Shown here: positions 57,564-64,000 of the stretch, piece after piece | Position numbering within the stretch: the first letter of the stretch is position 1 | Layout of the letters: every line of letters starts with the position of its first letter | Origin: an uncultured Deferribacteraceae bacterium | Lineage (GTDB): Bacteria > Chrysiogenota > Deferribacteres > CAMZNJ01 | Assembly (NCBI GenBank): GCA_947313825.1 | Contig: CAMZNJ010000055.1 | Coordinates: 480 to 64,479, forward strand | Length of the DNA: 64,000 bases | Direction of reading: 5' to 3' | Position numbers and translations under genes: made by a program | Notes under the pieces: model-generated | What the model saw: only the letters and a program-made list of their open reading frames with translations | What the model was told of the DNA's origin: nothing | Database searches by the model: none

Positions 57564-59275
57564 CCCAAAAACCGAAACAATCAAAACAACCACTGCTTAC
57601 CCTACAAAACCTCAACACAACCCTCTACGCAAACAACTCAACAACAAAACTACTCCAAAACGTTGACCTACAACTCAACGAAAACGAAATAATGGCCCTC
57701 GTCGGACTCTCGGGAAGCGGAAAAACAATGCTGTGGAAATCCATGGTCGGTGTACTGCAACACAAAACAACAAAACAACCAAACAACAGCTTCATCACCG
57801 AAGCAACAATGGACGGCTCCATCACAAACAACACTCAAACACAATCACTAAACAAACTACTCGGACAAAAAAACGGCATCGGTATCATATTCCAAGAACC
57901 ACACGCATCACTCGACCCACTCATGACAATAGGGGAACAAATAAGCGAAGTCCTCAAGCTACACAGTAGCGAGCCACACAGTAGCAAGCCACACAGTAGC
58001 AAGCCACACCGTCGAAAAAAATTGACCAAACAGGAGCTAACAAACAAAGTACACGACGCCCTAACACAAGTCGAACTCAACCCAAACTACAACAACCGAT
58101 ACCCACACCAACTCTCTGGCGGTGAAGCACAACGCGTCGCAATCGCACTGGCAATCGCAAACAAACCCAAACTCATCATCGCTGACGAACCAACTTCAAA
58201 CCTAGACGAAACAAACCAAACACTCATCATCAACATGCTACAAAAACTCTGCCAACAAAATAGCACATCCCTGATTCTCATTACCCACAACATCGCCATG
58301 GCAGCATCTGTTGCACAAAAAATCGCCATTCTACAAAATGGCACCATCATCGAAACAATAAACAACATACCAAACAACAACATGGACAAACTCATCGCCA
58401 ATGCCAAACAAAAACACACCAAAAACCTACTCATCGCAAACCAATTTCAACCAAAACACAAAACAACCCACAACGCTGACAACAAAAAAGCACGATTCTT
58501 CACCGTGCTCGAAAACAATACCCAAACAAATACAAACAATCCACTAACGCCAAAAGGGGAAAATATTACGCAAACAATGTGGGTCAAAGGTGCCACAAAT
58601 CAACAAATTAACCTCAACAAATGCACCAACGCCATCGAAATCAAAAACCTTACCAAAATATACAACAACCGTAAAGGGAACGCCACAGCACTGAAAAACA
58701 TCAACCTAAACATACCCGCAGGAAAAATCACAACACTAGTCGGACAATCAGGGAGAGGCAAATCAACCCTCGCAAACATACTCGCAGGGCTGGAAACACC
58801 CTCTGAAGGAACAATCACCGTATGGGGAGAAAAAACAAACCCAACACAACGCTACAAACATATCAGAATCGTAACACAATACCCAAACACAATGCTCAAC
58901 CCAAAAATGACCATCAAAAATATACTGCGTAACAGTGCCACAAACAACTACAACCCCGCAATACACCCATACCACGTGAAATACCTGATGAACGAATTCA
59001 TACTGCCAACAAACACACTCAACAAATACCCACACCAACTCTCTGGCGGACAAAAACAACGTATCGCAATAATGACAGCACTCATGGGGGGAGCAACAAT
59101 CCTCATCGCAGACGAAATCACTTCCGCCCTCGACGCCAACGCAGCCGCAACAATACTAAATATGCTACTGGACATCAACGAACGAATGGGCACAACAATA
59201 CTGCTCACAACACACAACACAGCAATAATTAAAGGGTTTGCAGACCATACCGCAACGCTGGATAGCCACGGCTAA
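57560..59275 (+). CDS. ABC transporter ATP-binding protein, fused double ATPase (DppD-DppF-like) with low-complexity inserts
   Basis: Two Walker A motifs (GLSGSGKT, GQSGRGKST) and two signature motifs (LSGGEAQR, LSGGQKQR). An in-frame HSSEPHSSKPHSSKPH repeat is present. Confidence 0.85.
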   Translation: MTQKPKQSKQPLLTLQNLNTTLYANNSTTKLLQNVDLQLNENEIMALVGLSGSGKTMLWKSMVGVLQHKTTKQPNNSFITEATMDGSITNNTQTQSLNKLLGQKNGIGIIFQEPHASLDPLMTIGEQISEVLKLHSSEPHSSKPHSSKPHRRKKLTKQELTNKVHDALTQVELNPNYNNRYPHQLSGGEAQRVAIALAIANKPKLIIADEPTSNLDETNQTLIINMLQKLCQQNSTSLILITHNIAMAASVAQKIAILQNGTIIETINNIPNNNMDKLIANAKQKHTKNLLIANQFQPKHKTTHNADNKKARFFTVLENNTQTNTNNPLTPKGENITQTMWVKGATNQQINLNKCTNAIEIKNLTKIYNNRKGNATALKNINLNIPAGKITTLVGQSGRGKSTLANILAGLETPSEGTITVWGEKTNPTQRYKHIRIVTQYPNTMLNPKMTIKNILRNSATNNYNPAIHPYHVKYLMNEFILPTNTLNKYPHQLSGGQKQRIAIMTALMGGATILIADEITSALDANAAATILNMLLDINERMGTTILLTTHNTAIIKGFADHTATLDSHG

Positions 59276-59297
59276 GGGCAAGATGACCACAGGACGG

Positions 59298-59573
59298 ACG
59301 TGCGTGTGTGTGCTGACGCTGGACGTGTGCGTTGCTGACGCTGGACGTGTGCGTTGCTGACGCTGGATGCGTGTGCGTTGCTGACGCTGGACGTGTGTGT
59401 GTTGCTGACGCTGGATGCGTGTGCGTGCTAACGCTGGATGCGTGTGCGTGCTGACGCTGGACGTGTGTGCGTGCTGACGCTGGACGTGTGTGCGTGCTGA
59501 CGCTGGACGCGTGTGTGTTGCTGACGGACGGCACCGCGGACGGCAACCACGGACGGCACCGCGGACGGCACCA
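59298..59573. repeat. 22-nt tandem repeat (TGCTGACGCTGGACGTGTGCGT variants, ~10 copies) followed by GACGGCACCGCG x4, filling the ABC-ATPase/dnaB convergent junction
   Basis: Read directly. ORF 59229..59594 within it is taken as an artefact. Confidence 0.85.
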
Positions 59574-59594
59574 CAAAACCAAGAAGAGCGTCAA

Positions 59595-61013
59595 CTACCG
59601 ACCCTGATTGTAGGAGCCCTGATAAGGCGTCTTATCCTTGAACCGCACGTAAGTGCTCTCAAACAGCAACTCAACCATGCCTGTAGGTCCATTACGGTGT
59701 TTCGAGATTATCACCTCGGCAATACCCGGTTTGGTGCACTTCTCCTTGGTGTAAACCTCGTCGCGATAAAGGAACATGATTATATCCGCATCCTGCTCGA
59801 TGGCACCACTCTCACGCAGATCAGATGGGTTTGGTCGTTTGTCGGCACGTTTTTCCACATCACGATTGAGCTGAGATAGTGCTACAATGGGCAGTTCGAG
59901 TTCTTTGGCAAGGGCTTTCAGCGATCGTGATATTTGTGAGATTTCTTGCTCGCGGTTATCCCCACCGATGCCCGACATGAGTTGCAAGTAGTCGATTATG
60001 ATGAGGTCGAGCCCGCTGCGAGCTTTAAGGCGTCGTGCTTTGGAGCGAAGTTCTGAGATGGTTATGGATGGTGTATCGTCGATATAAAACGGGAGTTCGG
60101 CGAATTCGTTTGCTGCATTACGGATGAGTGTCCAAGTCTCTTTTTTGAATTTGCCTGAGCGTATTTCAGAGGCGGGCACACCTGCACTTGTTGAGATTAA
60201 GCGTTGAACAAGCTGTCCACTGCTCATTTCGAGGGAGAAAACCGCAACAGATTTACCCTCCTTGGCAACATTTAGCCCCATGCTGAGAGCGAACGCTGTT
60301 TTCCCCATGGCAGGACGACCTGCAACGATAATTAGGTCAGTAGGTTGCAGTCCACTGGTGATTTGGTCAAGCTCAGAAAATTTTGTTGCAAGCCCTGTAA
60401 TCCCTTCGTGGGTTTGGTTTAGCCATAGTGAGTCGAGGTTTTCGAGGAACCCCACAACAATATCTTCCATGGGCACAAGGTCGGAGCGATTTTGTTGTTG
60501 CGTTATGTCCAGAATCTCTTTCTCAACGCTGTCGATGAAATCTTCCATGTGCACACTTTTGTCGGACTCAGTACGGCAACGCTCAACAATATGACCGCAC
60601 GATTTGACAAGTTTGCGTAATGTGGAGTAGAAGTAAACAACCTTGATGTAGTCGCCAATATTGATTGTTTCGGGGTATGTGAAGCTGAGTTCGTGAATGA
60701 ATTCGGCAAAGCCGTGCACGTCCATTTGCGACCGCTCTTGTAGGATATGGATTAGTGAGGGCATGTCTAGGGGTCGTTCGGATTGGAAGAGTTTTTTGAG
60801 TGCACTGAATGTTGTTGCGTGGTTTGATTGTGCGAAATCGGCTTCGGTGAGTTTGGAGAAAACTTCGTCGGCAACGGTGGCGTCGGTGATGAGTGATGCC
60901 AGCACGGCTCTCTCCATCTCTGTCGCCTTCATGAAGCCGTAACTTAGTGCCCCGCCGGCTTCATAGTTGTTGTTGTCCATGATTGTGTTGTCGTTGTCGT
61001 TGTAGTTGTCCAT
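59595..61013 (-). CDS. dnaB: Replicative DNA helicase
   Basis: Walker A GRPAMGKT, adjacent to rplI. The N-terminus is the N/D-rich MDNYNDNDNTIMDNNNYE. Confidence 0.9.
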   Translation of the reverse strand: MDNYNDNDNTIMDNNNYEAGGALSYGFMKATEMERAVLASLITDATVADEVFSKLTEADFAQSNHATTFSALKKLFQSERPLDMPSLIHILQERSQMDVHGFAEFIHELSFTYPETINIGDYIKVVYFYSTLRKLVKSCGHIVERCRTESDKSVHMEDFIDSVEKEILDITQQQNRSDLVPMEDIVVGFLENLDSLWLNQTHEGITGLATKFSELDQITSGLQPTDLIIVAGRPAMGKTAFALSMGLNVAKEGKSVAVFSLEMSSGQLVQRLISTSAGVPASEIRSGKFKKETWTLIRNAANEFAELPFYIDDTPSITISELRSKARRLKARSGLDLIIIDYLQLMSGIGGDNREQEISQISRSLKALAKELELPIVALSQLNRDVEKRADKRPNPSDLRESGAIEQDADIIMFLYRDEVYTKEKCTKPGIAEVIISKHRNGPTGMVELLFESTYVRFKDKTPYQGSYNQGR

Positions 61014-61022
61014 GTTGAGTAT

Positions 61023-61478
61023 CTACTCGGCGACGATGCCTTTTACGGCCAGGGTAAATTCGCCTTTTACCCCTTTGTACAGGTTGACAACAATGGTGTG
61101 TTCCCCTGTCTTTTTAATACCTTTGCGTTCCACTTCGATCATACGTTTGTCCATTTCGATGCCACGTTCGGCGAGCATTTTGGCGATATCGTTGTTTGTG
61201 ATGGCACCGAATAGTGAACCCCCTTTCCCTGCTTTGGCGGTGGTTTCAATGCGTATGTCTCTTAGTGTGCGAGCCAAGTCCACGGCTTCTTGTAGTCGAG
61301 CGTCTTCAGCGGCTTGCACCTTTGCTGCTTCGGCGGCGATACGTTTGAGGTTTGAGGGTGTTGCCCTTGTTGCCATTTTTTGTCGAAAGAGCACGTTATT
61401 GGCGTAACCGTCCTTCACTTCTTTGATATCGCCTTTTTTGGCGATACCCTTCATATCTTTAAGAAATATTACTTTCAT
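61023..61478 (-). CDS. rplI: 50S ribosomal protein L9
   Basis: [28 protein letters not shown] is the canonical L9 N-terminus. The start is taken at M12 of the listed ORF. Confidence 0.85.
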   Translation of the reverse strand: MKVIFLKDMKGIAKKGDIKEVKDGYANNVLFRQKMATRATPSNLKRIAAEAAKVQAAEDARLQEAVDLARTLRDIRIETTAKAGKGGSLFGAITNNDIAKMLAERGIEMDKRMIEVERKGIKKTGEHTIVVNLYKGVKGEFTLAVKGIVAE

Positions 61479-61586
61479 AACAACCCCCCCTCTTTTCAGG
61501 GTATTTTTCATTTTCAGTAGTTATGCATTGTAGCACATTTTTTGCCAATACTGTAGTGGTAACTTTTATAATGGGTAAAACCTATG

Positions 61587-62450
61587 TTATGCTCCCATTA
61601 TTTTGTCGATGGCTTCACCAACGGTTGCAACAATGTGTGTGGCGTGTTCTTTGACGTCGTCTGAGGCATTGTCCATTGCGAAAGATACTTTCACAGCTTG
61701 AAACATGGGTATGTCGTTGCCATTGTCGCCAACAGCGTAGCAATTGTCGAGGTTGAAATTGGCATGTTTTGCGACAAATTTGAGTCCTGCACCTTTGGTG
61801 GAAGCGAGGGGAACAACTTCCACAGTATTGGGGCTAGTCATGGGGTAGTAGAATTTGCCAGGGAAGAGCGATTCTATGCCCTCTTTTTCTGCACTGAATT
61901 CGGGTGTGTTCTTGAAGATAACGTATTTCACGGGGCGAATACTTTGGATACGATTGGCAAAGCCGTTAACGTCTTCGAATATGGGTGTTCTGCCGATATC
62001 GCCACCGAGGTAGCCGGTGAGTTCGGGTCGTGTGGTGATGATGTACCTGTTGGCGTCGTTGGTGAACTCTAGTCGAATGTAGCTCGGATCGTCAAGGGCA
62101 ACTGTGCGTTCGTTGGACAGCCCCTCCAAGTGGTTGTAAAGGGCAACGGTTACGTCATCGTCGATGCGAATATCTTGCAGTGTATTCCCTTCAGCGTCGA
62201 GGATAACAGCTCCGTTTTGCGAAACACGGTAGTTGCCACCGCGATCGATTCGCCGTTCGAAATGGGTAATATCATCGTACTGTCGACCTGTGGCGATGAT
62301 GAATTCGTTACCAGCATCACAAAACTGACGAATTCTTGTTAGCGTGTATTCATCAATCTCCCCTAGGTGGTTGATGAGCGTGCCATCCAAGTCGCAAAAA
62401 AGTATTTTTTTACTGCTGTCCGTATTTGCTGTATTTGCCGTCGTTGCCAT
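61587..62450 (-). CDS. Cof-type HAD-IIB family phosphatase
   Basis: FCDLDGTLIN is motif I. The C-terminal GDNGNDIPMF is motif IV. Confidence 0.75.
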   Translation of the reverse strand: MATTANTANTDSSKKILFCDLDGTLINHLGEIDEYTLTRIRQFCDAGNEFIIATGRQYDDITHFERRIDRGGNYRVSQNGAVILDAEGNTLQDIRIDDDVTVALYNHLEGLSNERTVALDDPSYIRLEFTNDANRYIITTRPELTGYLGGDIGRTPIFEDVNGFANRIQSIRPVKYVIFKNTPEFSAEKEGIESLFPGKFYYPMTSPNTVEVVPLASTKGAGLKFVAKHANFNLDNCYAVGDNGNDIPMFQAVKVSFAMDNASDDVKEHATHIVATVGEAIDKIMGA

Positions 62451-62523
62451 AGTTGCACCTTGCCTTAACTATTTATTTCATCCTGTCTAACGCATACTTG
62501 TGAGGTTGTGGTGGGGGACGGGG

Positions 62524-64000
62524 TTATGAACTAGTATTGTCGCCGTTACCGTTACCATCGTCCTCGTCCTCGCCATCATCGTCTATGCCGGGGGGCAAAA
62601 CAGCAAACGTAATAATGGAGTCGCCACCGGTAGACATGAGCTTGACGCCTTGGGTTGCTCGACCTAATAGGGATATCTCGCCAACATTCAGCTTAATCAG
62701 CTTGCCCGACTTGGATACAAGAACCAGATCGTTCTCAACAGTAACAACATTCGCACCAACTATCTCCCCTGTTTTTTCCGTAACATTGGAGAGTTTCGTA
62801 CCCTGTCCGCCACGTGCTTGCAAGCGGTAGTCGTCCAAGGAGGATCGTTTGCCGTACCCGTTTTCGGTAACGGTCAGTATTTGGTCGGCTTGAGTGGCAA
62901 CGTTGATGCTCACAACAGCATCCCCTTCCGACAGGGTAATACCACGGACACCTTGTGCAACTCGACCGATGGCACGAACGTCTGACAGCTTGAACTGTAT
63001 GGATTTACCCTGCCTTGTGGCAATGAATACGTAGGAGTCTTCACTTGCTGAAACATGTCCGATTATTTCGTCGCCGTCCCTCAAGTTGATACCGCGAATA
63101 CCCGAGCGTTCGCTTTTGAATACTGAGAATGGTGAGCGTTTGATCATCCCATTTTTGGTAACAACAACGGAGTCTAGTTTCATAATATCTTTGGTCAGGG
63201 GCAGAATGCTTACGATACGTTCGTCTTCATTGAGTGAGAGTGAGTTGGAGATATGTCGACCGCGGGCAACACGACCCATCTCAGAGATTTCGTAAGCTTT
63301 GAGGTAGTGTACGCGACCCTGATTGGTGAATATAAATAACTTGGTGTGGTTGGTGGTATGGATAACATCCGTAACAAAGTCTTCGCCGTCTCCCGAGGTG
63401 GACGAGCTCATTTTGCCCTTACCGCCACGACGTTGCGACTGGAACGCATCACTAGGCATACGTTTAATGTATCCGTAATGGGTAAATGTGATGATAGCGT
63501 TGTCGTCGGCAACAAGGTCTTCCATGCTAATCTCCCCTTCAACAGGGATGATTTCCGTACGCCTATCGTCGCCATAAGCCTCTTTGACACCCGCAAGCTC
63601 ATCGCGAACAACACCCATGAGAACCTCACGACTATTGAGGATACCCATGAGGTATTCAATATTTTTCAGTATCTCTTGGTATTCTTCGTTGAGTTTGTCT
63701 ATTTCTAGGCTAGTGATTTTCGCCAAACGCATGTCGAGAATCGCCTGTGCTTGGATATCGGACAAACTGAATCGCTCTTTCAACCGACGTTTCGCCTCAG
63801 GCGTATCGGCAGAGGTGCGGATAATGCTTACAACTTCGTCGATGTTTGACACAGCTGTACGCAAGCCTTCAATGAGGTGCAACCTGTCGTTAGCCTTGCG
63901 TAAGAAGAACTCTGTACGACGACGAACAACGATAACACGGTGTGCCTTAAACTCCTCCAAAAGCCCAATAAGGTTCATCACCTTAGGACGACCGTTAACA
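62524..64000 (-). CDS. gyrA: DNA gyrase subunit A, C-terminal portion (gene continues beyond the window end)
   Basis: Repeated beta-pinwheel blades are visible (e.g. ...DIVQAFA-like repeats...QGRGGKG), with an acidic D/E/G tail. The frame is open past 63981 to the window edge. Confidence 0.85.
   Translation of the reverse strand, partial: VNGRPKVMNLIGLLEEFKAHRVIVVRRRTEFFLRKANDRLHLIEGLRTAVSNIDEVVSIIRTSADTPEAKRRLKERFSLSDIQAQAILDMRLAKITSLEIDKLNEEYQEILKNIEYLMGILNSREVLMGVVRDELAGVKEAYGDDRRTEIIPVEGEISMEDLVADDNAIITFTHYGYIKRMPSDAFQSQRRGGKGKMSSSTSGDGEDFVTDVIHTTNHTKLFIFTNQGRVHYLKAYEISEMGRVARGRHISNSLSLNEDERIVSILPLTKDIMKLDSVVVTKNGMIKRSPFSVFKSERSGIRGINLRDGDEIIGHVSASEDSYVFIATRQGKSIQFKLSDVRAIGRVAQGVRGITLSEGDAVVSINVATQADQILTVTENGYGKRSSLDDYRLQARGGQGTKLSNVTEKTGEIVGANVVTVENDLVLVSKSGKLIKLNVGEISLLGRATQGVKLMSTGGDSIITFAVLPPGIDDDGEDEDDGNGNGDNTSS

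Noticed and set aside
59229-59594. ORF 59229..59594 (minus, 121 aa, HTHPASAT repeats)
   Set aside because: It lies inside the 22-nt array and overlaps the end of the ABC ATPase gene. It is a repeat artefact.
59595-61013. Replication origin near dnaB, or where the gene strand switches at about 47050 and about 59400
   Set aside because: dnaB (helicase) is not an origin marker. No dnaA gene or clustered DnaA-box-like motifs (TTATCCACA) were seen. The strand switches coincide with ordinary divergent/convergent operon boundaries.
1-64000. tRNA, rRNA or mobile-element genes
   Set aside because: No spacer longer than 150 nt shows a T-loop GTTCRANYC core or cloverleaf-compatible stems. No transposase, integrase or phage-like ORFs were found, and no inverted terminal repeats flank any gene block.

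Overview
The window is a 64-kb bacterial chromosomal segment with no mobile elements, CRISPR arrays, rRNA or tRNA genes that I could find. It is densely packed with housekeeping operons. Coding strands are strongly A+C-rich, and many proteins carry N/T/H/Q-rich low-complexity inserts. The lineage is undetermined, but the gene set looks diderm: lipoprotein acyltransferase Lnt, LPS-heptose phosphatase GmhB, SurA-like chaperones and the periplasmic protease HtrA.

Features in order:
- Minus strand: a partial M16-peptidase homolog with the zinc site lost; a large CheY-receiver protein with a repeat-rich acidic tail; coaD; rsmD; a radical-SAM gene; rnc; the fatty-acid/phospholipid cluster in E. coli-like order (fabF-acpP-fabG-fabD-fabH-plsX-rpmF-yceD); a glucose-family PTS EIICB; a UshA-like 5'-nucleotidase; tatD.
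- Plus strand: dapF-dapA-dapB.
- Minus strand: a CPA2 cation:proton (Kef-type) antiporter.
- Plus strand: a small membrane protein.
- Minus strand: ackA-pta; nhaC.
- Plus strand: fmt-rpe.
- Minus strand: gmhB-phoU-pstBAC with no pstS; lnt; an amidase fused to a TPR domain; uvrA; a 2Fe-2S/ASKHA protein; an S4-domain protein; two SurA-like chaperones.
- Plus strand: tadA; two large unrecognisable envelope proteins; an ECF sigma/anti-sigma pair; htrA; a five-part Opp/Dpp-type ABC importer.
- Minus strand: dnaB-rplI; a Cof phosphatase; the 3' part of gyrA.

Points worth a second look:
- Every one of the four convergent gene junctions is filled by a 150-700 bp degenerate tandem-repeat array.
- Gene 3' ends and stop codons are reiterated in tandem.
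- A few short repeat units (CAGTAGCAC, GCTGACG, AAATACGG, GACATRGAC) are shared between coding and noncoding loci.
- The REC-domain repeat protein has a PopZ-like C-terminus.
- An uncharacterised two-gene envelope module sits in front of the ECF sigma/anti-sigma/htrA/opp cluster.
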